The notes under the pieces are model-generated. The model searched no databases. It was given only the letters and a program-made list of their open reading frames with translations, and had not been told where the DNA came from. Position numbers and translations under genes: made by a program. From Octopus vulgaris (Eukaryota): 64,000 nt of DNA. Shown piece after piece: positions 27,825-41,865 of the stretch; the stretch's first letter is position 1; each line of letters opens with the position of its first letter. The stretch spans positions 86,924,001 to 86,988,000 of the forward strand of contig OX597825.1 in NCBI GenBank assembly GCA_951406725.2. Direction: 5' to 3'.

Positions 27825-28340
27825 ACGAGACACCGGTTTGCCGCTGATAATTTGTACGACCACAAAGCCGAAGGTATCATCGAAAATGATAATGCAAAGA
27901 TTCTGTGGGATTTTATGATTCAGAGCGACTATGAGATAGAGAATAGGAAACCGGACATGGTCTTAATTGAGAAAGAAAGCAAACTATGTTGGATCATAGA
28001 TATAGCATGCCCAGCTAACAACATAGTATGCGGTAAGGATGAAAGAAAAGCCGATAGATATGACAGGTTAGCTTGGGAAGTTAAGCAGTTGTGGTCGATC
28101 GATGAAAAAGGTAGCAGTAGTACCAATAATTATCAGAGCCCTGGGAACAGTGAACAAAAATCTCGAGAAGTACATGGAAAAAATAGGGGCTGCAACCAAG
28201 GTGGTGCACTTGAAGAAAACAGCACTGTTTTGAAACGCTCGAATGCTCCGGAAGCTGCTCGAAGAATAAGGGGTGTTCGTTTGTAGGGAAAGCTGACACC
28301 CGAGTACATCTCCAGCGTTGGAAGCTGTGCAAAGACAATA
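27825..28340 (+). mobile_element. 3' fragment of RLE-type non-LTR retrotransposon (R4/Dong-like), pseudogenised
   Basis: ENDNAKILWDFMIQSD..NRKPDMVLIEK..IIDIACP..K..RY..L, then after a frameshift VVPIIIRALG: a PD-(D/E)xK restriction-like endonuclease C-terminus. A short 3' UTR and (TAA)n follow. Confidence 0.88.
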
Positions 28341-28380
28341 AATAATAATAATAATAATGATAATAATAATAATAATCATA

Positions 28381-28600
28381 ATAAAAAATATTCAGACAAA
28401 TACATAACAAAAACACCAGGACTTACAAACACATATAACATACAGAAAATTGCACTACTAGGCACTGCACACATCCTACGCAGAACACTTTCCATACAAT
28501 AACCATCAGAGCATCACAACAAATCACAGCACATACCCAAGGCACAGAGAGCTGCGCTCGGTAGTGAAGTGAAAGCACGATATAAAAATAAAACTACTGA
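28381..28600 (+). mobile_element. short 5'-truncated copy of a second R4/Dong-like family
   Basis: Near identical to ~29150-29370 and flanked by TAA repeats. Confidence 0.88.
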
Positions 28601-28898
<298 letters not shown>

Positions 28899-28899
28899 G

Positions 28900-29544
<645 letters not shown>

Positions 29545-29931
29545 TAATAATAATAATAATAATAATAATTCCTTTGCGAGTATTCATTTGAATATCCACT
29601 CATTTTTATATATACATAAGCACCAACTTGCTAGTGTATATGGAGACAGTTGTATAAACAGCAAATTATTAGTGTATAAAGGAAGAGCTTCATGAATAAG
29701 GTGACAGCTATATGAACACCAAATGATTAGCATGTATATTGAGAGGTGTGTATACATGAAGCTGTCTGAAAGATTTTGAGCGAACGTCATCAGCGAACTG
29801 TTTGTGACGTTATTAATGAATGAACGAATGAAATTACTGATAACAATTTGAAAGTAAAGAAAATACAAACCAAGTGAAAAACCTGACAAGTGTCGTTGAT
29901 TATCGAAAGCAAACATGAAGACATGTGTGTG

Positions 29932-29979
<48 letters not shown>

Positions 29980-31166
29980 TGTGTGTTTGTGTGTGTTTAC
30001 ATTGATGTTTATGACATGTTCGTTTGGCAATAATGTCTTTGGAGAATGGAAATAAAAGTAATTAGGGGTCTTAGACATAAAAATGCAGAAGATGCGTTGA
30101 TTGGGAAAGCAATTATAATTATTATTGAGGATAACGATCGCCTTATCCACAAAGGAGTCATTAAAAGTTTAAATAGGTTTCCTTGTGAAATATAAAACAC
30201 ACACACACACACACATATGTAATATACATACATATGCGTATATATATATATATATATGTAATAACACACACATGCACGCGCACACACAAACATAGGAGGC
30301 ATATATAAAAGATATATATTGCAGCTAGGAATGTTTTAGATTGTTGAGAGAATATTTCACAGCCTGAGCAGCTCTGTTTGTGGAGAGCTTCCCTAAGAGG
30401 TGGGGCTGCTCATAAATTTCACGGCTGTTAATAGCTCTACCACCACTGACAAGCAGATATCAAATCTATTGATTAATTTGGCTTCGACGCTAGAGACACC
30501 GTTTTTATGATAAACATACTCTCCTGAAATTAAATACTTAGAACTCATGATCGTCATTTTTAAAGTACAAGGAGGCTCTACATTAAACTATTCATGCCGC
30601 AGTAGAGAAGACGCATCGTTGTTATTATACGCCATCGCTACAAGAGCAACGAGGCAGGAACATGAGATAAAGTAATGAAATCAAAAGTGAAGTTATAAAG
30701 AATGAGGCAAGAATAAGAAGTAAAGGTGATTCCGAAGAGATTTCTTCGACGAAATCCGAAGTGTTAAACGAAATGATTTCTCAATTCAACTGCTCTAAAC
30801 TCCATTTGTTTAACTTTTAGAAACGATAATAACTTGCCACGGTGGTTGGCAATCCTGAGATGACCGTCCCGTTTAATTAAAAGATGATTTAGCTAAAGAG
30901 CTCTTTTAACAGCTTCTGTTTATTCTATTCGGAGCTGTTAAAATGTTATATCTTTGGGAAATTAAAACACGTTTATTACTTCTTCGCCACTAATTATCAC
31001 ATTTTGCAGAAGAAAGCAAGCGATTCATACGTACAGACTGTAGATAGAGCTTAAACACATATATCTATGCATCAGCTCAGATATGTATGTACATCCGCGC
31101 ACACACACGCACACACATGCGCGCACGCCAGCATATACCACCATATATTTAAATGTGTTTGTTTCA

Positions 31167-31201
<35 letters not shown>

Positions 31202-31202
<1 letters not shown>

Positions 31203-32071
31203 GCGTGGTCTGATCAATAAGTATCTGGACAGTTGCCATAGTAACGAAGCTACAGCACGCAGAGTAAAACCCTCGGCGCAAAATGATCTTAAAATCTGTT
31301 GCGCATGTGCACTAAGTTTTAACGTTCTTGTTTACTTCCGTTAATTATGGCAGTGCTTGGAAGGAAGGTGTGTAGTGTGTGATCGTCGCATTGACCACGA
31401 CAGAGAAAGTTGAGCAGAGAATCTGCATCAAATTTTAACAAAAAGTTGGCGATACCTGCTCAGAGACCTACGCAAAGTTTTCAAAAAGGTTTTCATCTTT
31501 CTCGACACAATCAAGGAGATCTTGTGCAACTGAAACCCGAGTGTCTTTTGGGTCAGCTGAAAGCAGTTTTGGCACAAACTTAGCAGACACATGCATCTCA
31601 TACCCAAATCTTCAGTGATAATGGACTGAACTGAACCGTAACTAATCTACTCATCTTCTGGTAACTCATGGATGGGGATTCGACGATTTCCCCTTACAGC
31701 TGGACACACATCTGAGATGTTTTTCTCAGTTCTGCTGATTGCAGGTCTCCCAGAAAGTTCATCAATATCGATATTTTTTCGACCAGCTTGGAAAAGTCTG
31801 AAGCACTCTCCATACACTTTCTACAACTCTGAGTAGGCCTCTGAGCAAGTATTACCATTACAACTTACTCTGTCATGGTCAATGTGAAGATCACAAGCTA
31901 CGCACCTTCCTTCCAAGCACTGCTGGAAACAGCAGAAGTCGGCTGGAACGATAAAACTCAGTGCGCGTTCACAACAGTGTTCAAGATCAATCTGTACCAA
32001 TTGGTTTCACTTTGCATGCTTTAGCTTTGTTACTGTGGCAACAGTCCGGATACTTACTGATCAGTCATGGC
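31202..32071. mobile_element. non-autonomous mariner derivative built from two opposed 5' ends
   Basis: TA followed by ~200 bp imperfect inverted arms. The + strand gives TEKVEQRICIKF*QKVGDTCSETYAK. The - strand gives DELSGRPAISRT..VRGNRRI..SYGSVQSIITEDLGMR..VSAKFVPKLL, a mariner HTH and linker. Confidence 0.85.
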
Positions 32072-32119
32072 ATGTCTATATATGTATATGTGTGTGTGTG
32101 TGTGTTTTTATTAGTTATG

Positions 32120-32152
<33 letters not shown>

Positions 32153-32154
32153 AT

Positions 32155-32333
32155 GTATATGTTTGTGTGCCTGTGTTCCCCCCTCCAACAGCGCTTGATA
32201 ACCGATGCTGGTGTGTTTATATCCCCGTAACTTAGCGGTTCGCCAAAAATGATAAGTCCTGGTGTCGATTTGTCCGACTAAAGGCGGTGGTCTAGCATGG
32301 TCGCAGTCAAATGACTGAAACGAATAAAAGAAT
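32155..32333 (+). mobile_element. 3' part of octopus-type SINE
   Basis: gatgctggtgtgtttatatccccgtaacttagcggttcg...aaatgactgaaac matches 56400-56607. Confidence 0.8.
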
Positions 32334-32343
32334 ATATACATAC

Positions 32344-32398
<55 letters not shown>

Positions 32399-32639
32399 TA
32401 GCTTCCAAGCGATCTTTCAGGCTCAAATATACAACATGGCTACTTATGTTAAGAAAGATAAAACGAGAAAGACCATTGGTCAATGAGAGAACATAAGAAA
32501 AGACGAGAATGTGAACAGAAATGCAGAAAAGGTGGAATGCAGAAAAGTGGACCGAAAAAGCAAAATGTAGAGGGGAGAAAGAAAGGAAGGAAAGAAAACT
32601 AAGAATTGCGTCCCTTTGTCGAAATCAGAATAAAACTGG

Positions 32640-33150
32640 ATGGTGCTAAAAACAGATTTTCATGTGACAGGTGTAGAACAATTCAATGTGGAAAGAGGAG
32701 ACCAAAGCCTGTGCGACTGCTGGCTCAATTCGGAGAGAGCAATCCAGTTCAACGAAAGTAATTGGCCATATGCTTACATTTATTGAATATTTCAGATCAG
32801 GAATTAAGTACTGCACTGGAGTTCTTGGATCTAAAAGGAATATGAGATCTTTGGGCACCTTCCATCTGTTGAATTATTACACACCTTATATTCATTCTGA
32901 TTTGAATGTCAACCACTTTAAATGATTTCGACGGTCTGAAGGGGCGTAACTCTTGATTTTCTTTCCATTACCCTTTGTTCCTTCTGCTCTTTCTCATTCC
33001 ACTTTTTGCATTCACTTTCCTCCCGTATTTTCTCGTGTTTTCTCATATACTAATACCCTTTCTCATATTTCTTTTTCAAAGGAAACCAGCCACGCTGTGC
33101 ATTTCAGCCTGAAGGATTACTTGGAGGTAACACGGCATCGTATATAGGTT
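32640..33150 (+). mobile_element. possible decayed Penelope-like GIY-YIG 3' end
   Basis: CDRC followed by YVG-T-SL-like residues across frameshifts, LNYYTP..DLN near the stop, then a broken CTGAAG/ttac..gtaa motif near 33107. Weak. Confidence 0.3.
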
Positions 33151-34465
33151 TGCTTGTTTATTGTGGTTCCAAAGCATGAAACTAATAGTATCTCATATTC
33201 AAATATTGTGCTTGGTAAATGATATACATGCACACACAGAGACACACACACACATACACACACACACGCACACACACACACCCACACTTACATGACATGC
33301 ATACTCTCAAATACACATTCGCAAACACATACACATTTATATTTACGAAGAAAAGAAACAAGTTACTTTGAATATCGTGGTAAATATATAATCAATATGA
33401 CTTTCTACTAAAAAGTATTGAACGATTCTTCAGTTTAATATTTATCTGTTTATATATACATATAACTGTGCATAAAAACAATGTATGTATGTAGATGGGT
33501 ATCAAATGTTATATACATATATATAAACACACACACACATGTATATATATATCTTCTCAGATATACAGTATTATCGCGCGGACAAAATTGCAAACACTCA
33601 CGTACAAACAGACCTACGTACACACATTAGTAGACAGTCCACAATTTCCCCGTACACACGCACGCACACATACACACGCACGCACACATACACACACTCC
33701 CGCTCGCGCACATGTTCCTACATACAGACACGTCCACATACACGCCTACACACACTGCCACATTCACATATCGAGGCGGCGCGCACATAGATCGAATCGC
33801 ACACGCACGCATCGGTATCGATCGGATTGCTTGTTTACGTAGTGGTGGTCGTTAGTGAATGCTTATCGATTATCATTAGTGTTGCTTGGTTCGATGCACA
33901 AGTATCATTAGTGATGGTCAAGTTAGTCAACGGTGATTAGGTTTAGTACAAGTCCTCTCCAGTTATTAGTTAGCCACCTGAAATGATGTGGGCCAACGTG
34001 TTTTTTTCTTCTTTACTTTTGTTTTTCTATTTCTTTTTGTTTTTGATGTCTTCCTTGATCAATCTCGACTTTATCAAACACAGTGAATAGAAACATGCAT
34101 GGCTAAGTTCACGGCCAAGTCTAGCGCAATAGAAATGTCTTGAAAATATTCTATGTTGTAAAATATTGTAGGAAAGAATTTAAAGAATCGATGTAAACGA
34201 TAAAAAATAGCAATAATAATGAAAACAAAGGAACCTTTGTAGTTAATTGCTATTTTGGTTTTTTTTCTTCTCAATATTTTGTGTTCTTCAGTGAACTGGA
34301 GCAAGATTTAAACGATTACATCTCCAATAAGTTTAAAATTTACGGCCATAAAGCTAGCTTCTCTACTTGTATATAAATGTACAAGCACTGGTTCATACAT
34401 ACGCACGTGAGTCTATAAATATAGTCACTCATTCACACTTACATATATGCATACATATATATGTA

Positions 34466-34527
<62 letters not shown>

Positions 34528-34730
34528 CTGGTTTATACTTTTACACACACACACATGTGTATAAATATAGCCACTCGTTCATGCTTACATATGTACACAA
34601 ATCACTCGTTCACACACGCATATAGACAGATACGCACGCGTATGTAAGTGAATATATGCAACTACTCGTTCACAGTTACACGTACACACGTGTGTACAAA
34701 TACACACTCACTCGTTTACACACACACACA

Positions 34731-34762
<32 letters not shown>

Positions 34763-34802
34763 AATCTCTATAAAGATATTGAGTACTATTTTAATAATAA
34801 TG

Positions 34803-34833
<31 letters not shown>

Positions 34834-34847
34834 TAATAATAATAATG

Positions 34848-34978
<131 letters not shown>

Positions 34979-35407
34979 ATATATATATATATATATGTTC
35001 AGAACCACGTACTCGTGTCTATATAAATACAGGACCACATGTTCTTCGAATGGGAATAGAAATATACATCCATTTATGTACACTTACATATACGTGTAGA
35101 GATCTATATATAAATATACACCTACTGTTTCTTATATATACACACTAGTTACTTACATATACACTTATATATGTATGAACATACATTCACTTTTTCACAC
35201 TAAGACATACATACATGCACACACATATACATATATATACACACACACATATATATCAATATTGTATTTTATACTCTAGTGAAGAAATAAGCTAGAACAT
35301 CGGATGGGAACTTAAGGAACTTTACCAAAACCCATCAGAATGAACCAGTCTTGGCATTTTGCTCAGAGAAATTCAGTATCTGCTTGGATACTATATACCC
35401 AGCCTCT

Positions 35408-35480
<73 letters not shown>

Positions 35481-35963
35481 ACTATTACGTAACTCAAACA
35501 GTGATAGACATAAAGCAAAACATAAATAAAAAATAATATATATTTTTAAGAAAAGTTATTATTTCATTTATTTTTAAAATTGAATATTGTTTAACTCTAT
35601 TTGCTTATTTATTTAACTATTATCATTAACCTGAAGATTGACTATAATTTTAAATCGAATTTATTTCAATTGAATTCAAATTTAATTGTAATTCGAATTT
35701 AATTGTAGCCATGAAATGTACGTAGTTTTTTTAACTTATTATATATTGATCATTCATTTTTATACCTTTTGAGATCTAGTTTTATGTTTTATAAAAAAAT
35801 ATATTATTTGTTATTTATGTTTTGGTTTATGTCTATCACTGTTTAAGTTTGCATAATAGTGGTTTTGTCTCTAATTTATATTTTATATATTTATATTGTG
35901 AAATTTGATTTAATGCTAAATTGAATTTTCCCTGTAAGTTTGGAGTTATACCCCCTAATATTT

Positions 35964-35965
<2 letters not shown>
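35481..35965 (+). mobile_element. fold-back HHR element
   Basis: Inverted arms ~35481-35548 and ~35792-35860. The tail is homologous to 26677-26790. Confidence 0.78.
35628..35727 (+). ncRNA. type I hammerhead motif with long stem II
   Basis: AAC CTGAAGA T [tgactataatt..aattgtagcca] T GAAAT GTAC GTA GTT. Confidence 0.7.
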
Positions 35966-36017
<52 letters not shown>

Positions 36018-36018
36018 C

Positions 36019-36053
<35 letters not shown>

Positions 36054-36058
<5 letters not shown>

Positions 36059-36270
36059 GTAATATAATTTGTGACAATTATTCGGTTGCCATAATAAAAC
36101 TCTGAGTTTCGAATGTCGGGGCGGAAATCTGCCCCGGTATCTCCTTAGTTATTAAGACAAGTTTATCTTAATAACTGACGAGATGCTGGAGCAGATTTCC
36201 GCACCGATATCCCAAACACGGAGCTTTATTATAGCAAACCAAATAATTGTCACAAATTATATTACAGATA
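36054..36270. mobile_element. ~217 bp hairpin element with a degenerate HHR in each arm
   Basis: Arms ~36054-36156 and ~36167-36270. The arm consensus is TAATAA CTGACGA GATGCCGGGGC..GCCCCGACATTC GAAAC TCAGA GTT TTATTA. One arm keeps the CTGA box and the other keeps GAAAC. Confidence 0.82.
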
Positions 36271-36329
36271 AATTCCTCTATTTACATAATATCGAGGTCT
36301 CATTCATTCTTTTGTTGTCATACTATTTC

Positions 36330-36377
<48 letters not shown>

Positions 36378-36624
36378 TATATATATATATATTAATATAT
36401 ATATATATAAAAGAAGAAATTGCTTTTGTTCTCTTTTTATTAGTCCTCTTTTTCTCACATTTCCTTCCATACGTACCACACGTGGGTTTTATTTACATAT
36501 ATTTTTATGTTTATTTATATATATGTTTATATTTTATGAATAATTAAAAAATATATTCATACTTGTCGATTTGTATTAATATATGTATTCGCATTTTAAG
36601 TCAAATTTATGACTATGGTTGCCT

Positions 36625-37715
36625 AATGTTTACTCCCGTGGCAGGACAAACATATTCTGAACCAAACATTCTTGCGAATGGAACAAGGTTAGAAGTCGTT
36701 GACACCTTCGTTAACCTAGGAAGCACACTGTCAAGGGATGGTAGTCTTGATGCAGAGATATACTATCGAATATGGAAGGGAAGTGTTGCATTTGGAAAGC
36801 TCGTAATGCGAGTATGGGCGGATAGAGATATTTCCCTGCAAGCAAAAATCAGTGTCTATAAAGCGTGTGTATTGTCTGCACTTCTTTATTCAAGTGAGAC
36901 GTCGACTATTTACAAGCGTCATATAAAAATGGTGGAGAGATGTCATCAAAAGTGACTCAGACGTAATTTAGGAGTCAAGTGGGAATGTTTCATACCAGAT
37001 GCAAAGGCTTTGCAGCTGAATTGAACAACATGTAATCTTGGCTCAAATGAGATGGACTGGACATGTTATTAGAATGAAAGACGAGCGCTTGTCAAAGCAT
37101 CTCTTTTATTGTGAGCCTAACTCTGGGAAGCGACCTCAAAATAAACCGAGGAAAAGGTGTGAAGGAAAACCTGAAGCGAATAGATATGAACAAACATGAT
37201 TGGGAAAATGATGTTCTAGATCGGAACAAGTGGAGAGGTACTGTTAGGACTAGTCGTAATAAATGGGAAGAAAAGATGATTCAGTACTCTGAGTTTAAAA
37301 AAGGGTCTGACACAAAGGAAGAATTGGAACTGTAATCAACAGTGAACATTGGATATATATTATATGTAACCGTTTTCTGTTGTCAAAAGCAGGATACGTG
37401 AACCATATGAAGTCACATGAAAATCGTAATGCCCAGACAGGGAATGATCTTGGACACCAACCACGTCTTACGGCTTGTGTCATATGTCAAAAAACTTGTA
37501 AGACAACATCTGGACTTAAAAGAATATTACTAGGTCACAAAATCATTCCTTCAGGATCAGATTCCAAAGGGCAAAGATATAGAAAAAATGGAATATCTGT
37601 CACTTATGTTTTAAACCCTGTCACTCAGCAGGTGGTCTTAAAAGTCATCTAAGGGCTCATCAACGGAGGGATTCTACAGTGTGATGGGGTGTGGCTGTCA
37701 TCTGTCAAAATTATG
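36625..37715 (+). mobile_element. 5'-truncated RTE-clade LINE (RT C-terminus plus three C2H2-like zinc fingers), with stops and frameshifts
   Basis: LEVVDTFVNLGSTLS..DAEI..RI.K...AFGKL..RVW..KISVYKACVLSALLYSSET, then MRWTGHVIRMKDERL and CxxC..H..H motifs. Confidence 0.9.
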
Positions 37716-37875
37716 CAATTATATATATATATATATATATATACGTATACACACACACATTATATACCTATTAGATTTCAATAATTCGGTGAGATATAAT
37801 ATGTAATAATATGTGTAGCTAGATTGCTAGCCAGTAAACCTTTTTTATTTTCTCTCCCTGTTTATTTCTGTGTTC

Positions 37876-37912
37876 CTTTCTGTCGAAGATCATTAGGTTC
37901 GAAACGTAAAAG
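37876..37912 (+). ncRNA. family A hammerhead-like motif, core CUGUCGA, stem II decayed
   Basis: CTTT CTGTCGA A gatc attag gttc GAAAC GTA AAAG. Confidence 0.55.
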
Positions 37913-37999
37913 ACTTTCTCACTTCCCGAGCGTTAAACTAATACATCTATTTGTTGCTTACACACCTGTCTTCGTCTTTCATTTTTTGTAAATTCTCAT

Positions 38000-38070
<71 letters not shown>

Positions 38071-38542
38071 AAATGTCTTCAAAAATGTTGGGACTATATA
38101 ATCTTTTAAATATATGATGGCGCTATAAAAACTGAAACATCTGGCTCGTCTTTCTCGTCATGGGGAATGTCGTGGCGCCAATGAGTATCAATCAGCTGGA
38201 AAACCCCTACAAACGACGGTATTGTACACCTGTTGTGATGTATAGAGAGTCTGCAAATAATGAAGAAAACAGGTATTTTCTGTAGAGAATAAAATATAAA
38301 AATAAGTAACTAAACAAACTAAAATCACAAGAATAGTATATTGTTAGTTGTTTGTGAGGAGGGAAAATAAAGATATCTTTTCGAAAATCTCGTTTATCTG
38401 TCGTTGAAGTTAATGAAATATAAAAGACATTTCTATGTGGAAGTGTAGCAGATCAGAAAGTTTATCAGGTTGAAATATTTGAATACGAAATAGGTAAGAC
38501 TTGTGACAACTGATAAGTGCGGTAGTCTTAGATTTAATTATG

Positions 38543-38599
38543 TCTTCTGAAGACTAAGTCTACAGAGATATGATGGACGTGACACGACACCTGTTGGGA
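38543..38599 (+). ncRNA. degenerate hammerhead-like motif
   Basis: TCTT CTGAAGA ... GACAC CT GTT GGGA, with the GAAA box mutated. Confidence 0.35.
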
Positions 38600-38755
38600 G
38601 ATTGCCCAAATTTTAATTAAATTTCAATTTATATTTATGTGATTTTGTTATTTTGGAGAGTTTTTCGTGTATTTAGTATAATGTTGCTATAGTAACACAA
38701 CGATCTTTGGATTTTGAATGAAAATATTTCGAACAATATATGTGTATGTGTGTGA

Positions 38756-38794
<39 letters not shown>

Positions 38795-40472
38795 GGAAAA
38801 GAGAAAGAGAGAGAGAGGGTGTTGGGGGAGAAGCAGAAAATATTCGCTTGCCAACTATAGAATTAGAATATTTTTTTTACTATTGTTTCCATAATATATA
38901 TGATTAAACTTCTTTTCGTAGTTTATTGAATATTCGCATCAAAGCACAAAGTTGGATCCGGAAAACATACCGCAACGAATACAAAACAGCGTGGATGAAA
39001 CGTTAATATTGGGAGAAGAAAGAGAATGAGTGTAAATCAAAGCCAGGGAAAATCACAAGGAAAAAGCGAGCAAACTCATCAGCTTCTTTTAAGCAAAGCA
39101 AACATAGAACAAAATTAATCAGTGGCAGAAAAAATAAAGGACATTTGAGAAGTGTTAGCAATATAGCTGATGGTTTTAAGGTATTTCCCAGATACCATTC
39201 ATATACTTAAGTTAGTTATCATATAAACAGTATGAAAACGTTAACGTTACAAGCATGATAAGACTACGTTTGAAGGAAGGCCGTATGAATGTAATATTCT
39301 TGTCGCTTCCTTTTGATTCCGAATTGCCTCAGTACGTTTTTATCAATCTGTTCTTTTCGCCTGTGTAAGTTATAATATTCTATGAAGACACAACCGGTCA
39401 AGCGTAACTCACTGCTTTGGCAGTCTCGGCAATATTATAGAAGAAATGTAGATATTTATTTGACTTTCACTGCAAACATAATGTATGTCTATTGGCAATG
39501 GTTGTGATAGACTGCCAGCTCTGAATATAAAGGCATTCTATAAAACGACGATGAAAATGGTATTTGCTCATATAAAAGCACATATATTCATGCATATGTT
39601 TGTATATTAGGAAATATATGCTTTATATATTATATATCATACACACACAAACAGACACACACACACACGCAATATGATAAGATAAATATATATGTGCATA
39701 CACGCATATACATAACCTCATGCGGACATATCTAATCATAGGTACATGTTAAGGATTTTCTGTCGAATATTTTCTTTCGAATTCTTCGTAACGAGAGAGA
39801 GGTGGAGACATTTTGTTTATGACGTCGACGGGGTGAACCTAGTTATTGATGTATCTGTTGACAAAATATTAAAAATACATATTAGATATAAAAATGACTT
39901 CGTGTGACGGAAAGGTGAGGATAAAATTTAAGCAATGTTGGAGTGGTGGAGACTGGAGCATGGTAAAGTTTGGCCTCGGCCGTTGCAGCAACAGAAAGAA
40001 GGGAATTCAAACTGTGATTCGCCGATGGGTCACCCATCAATATAACTACCTCAACAAACACCAAAAACAAAACAGACAAGCAAATCTGTAACAACAACAA
40101 CAGCAACAGCAACAACACTATTTTGGCTATGAACAAAGAAAAACTCACTCAACAACTACAACAAAAATAAAAAGAAATAACAAAAACAGCAAGAAAAAGT
40201 AAAAAAAAAAAAGAGCAATAAAACCTGCTACAAAGCAGACGTATTTTTTAGTTCCGCTGTATTGGAAAAGAGAACGGTGAGTTGTGGAAGTTTGAAAGTG
40301 AAACCCCAAATACTAAGTGGGTGGCCACACCTTTGCTATTGAAATTTTCATATGCCCTGGGTTATTTCAAAATTAGAGTTTCATGCTTTATAGCAAAAGA
40401 TCTTTGCAGAAGCCCGGAAACCGAACTGATCGGGTGTTCCGAATCACTTAATCCCCGCTAAGGATATCGGCA

Positions 40473-41300
40473 ATGGGAGTCGATACCGCAAATGCACACG
40501 GGTCGCGATCGGCTTGAGAGAAAGGTCAATTGCTTAATGACCTCAGTAAAAAAATTTAGATGCGGTAATTATCAGCGAGACAGAATTTCAGGGAAGTGGT
40601 CACTCACTTTTCCCCCGGCTGACAACAAGGTCTACGGCACTTTCAGTTGATCCGGAGTGAGCAGATCCGCAACGTGATTTAGAAAAGGTTTGTGTTTCTA
40701 GTTACGGATGATAGTCTAGGACCAATTGATTCTGATTTTAGGGATAAATTGCAGAATGTAAAAATGGGTGCTTGTCACCGTGTGGTCAGCATCTTGCCGA
40801 TCTTCCCTCAGTCTATCGACATCAACCTTCACTTGAAAAGATTACTTTTGAAAGGCCCAATAATAAAACGGTCTTAAGCGGGTATCTGATGAACTTAAAC
40901 CAATCTGATGCGATGTACTCGATCGACTTCGTTACTCGGAAGCTGTTCTAGTTTTAGTCCTCTTTTCAAGGCTGCATCACTTTAATGTAGAACAACACCT
41001 TCTTGGTGGTCAGATTAACTGACCACTTTTCGAGGCGCTTCGAATCAAAGGCTCAGACCGCCAAAATTGTTCTCACATTATCTTTGATCTTTTCTTTTTG
41101 TATTTAAAGTATTTTTTTACAGAATCTAGCGATTGTGAGCGAGTATATCTTTTAGGCAGAACGCAAGAAGTTTGCCTAAGCTTCCACAAACGATGCCACC
41201 ATGACAGTCTCGGTGACATCAGAAATCGAAGTGGTGCCAGATGCTCGTCACCTGGAAACAAAAAGCTACGAAGATCAGAATCTCTTCTCTTTTCCCCCAT
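40473..41300 (+). pseudogene. decayed APE endonuclease domain of an L1/Tx1-like LINE ORF2
   Basis: Across stops and frameshifts: TANAHGSRSA*EKGQLLNDL..LDAVIISET, GACHRVVSI (cf. FRLVAVYAP), VLSGYLMN (cf. GDxN). The right boundary is uncertain. Confidence 0.55.
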
Positions 41301-41526
41301 TATTGAGGGACTTTTACTTAAATTCCCCGCAATTCAAGCGACTGCTTAGCATCTTTTCTGCTTAGATGATATTTATTGCTTGAATGACAAGTATTGACCA
41401 GTTTTGCTTTGTTTAGAATTGTGTACAGAATAATTTCTGTATGAAGTATTTTATCAATTAGAAAATTACTATTTGTAAATCTCACAAGGGGAAATATTCA
41501 GCAACAGTACTTTGGAGCAAAGATTA

Positions 41527-41865
41527 TTTGCCAACATAACATGGCAGTCCTGGTTTAGGATGAATGTTGCAGTAATTTAGCCCCAGAAGATATCGTCTCC
41601 AACTAGTTATACGACACGATCTGTGTCCTTATATTTTCGAACAAGGGAATCTAGCACCCCAACTCAGCTCAAAACAATATCTGTGTAAAAGCCGGAAATC
41701 GCGATACAAAGATATTGTTTTGAGCTGAGTGGGGGTGCAAGATTCCCTTGTTCGAAAATATAAGGACACAGATCGTGTCGTATAACCAGCTGGAGACGAT
41801 ATCTTCTGGGGCTAAATTACAGCAACATTCATCCTAAACCAGGACCGCCATGTTATGTTGGCAAA
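41527..41865. mobile_element. fold-back element, 161 bp near-perfect arms and 17 nt loop
   Basis: 41527-41687 vs 41705-41865 are reverse complements with a handful of mismatches. A 14 bp direct repeat agtattttatcaat lies at 41445-41458 and 41867-41880. Confidence 0.92.
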
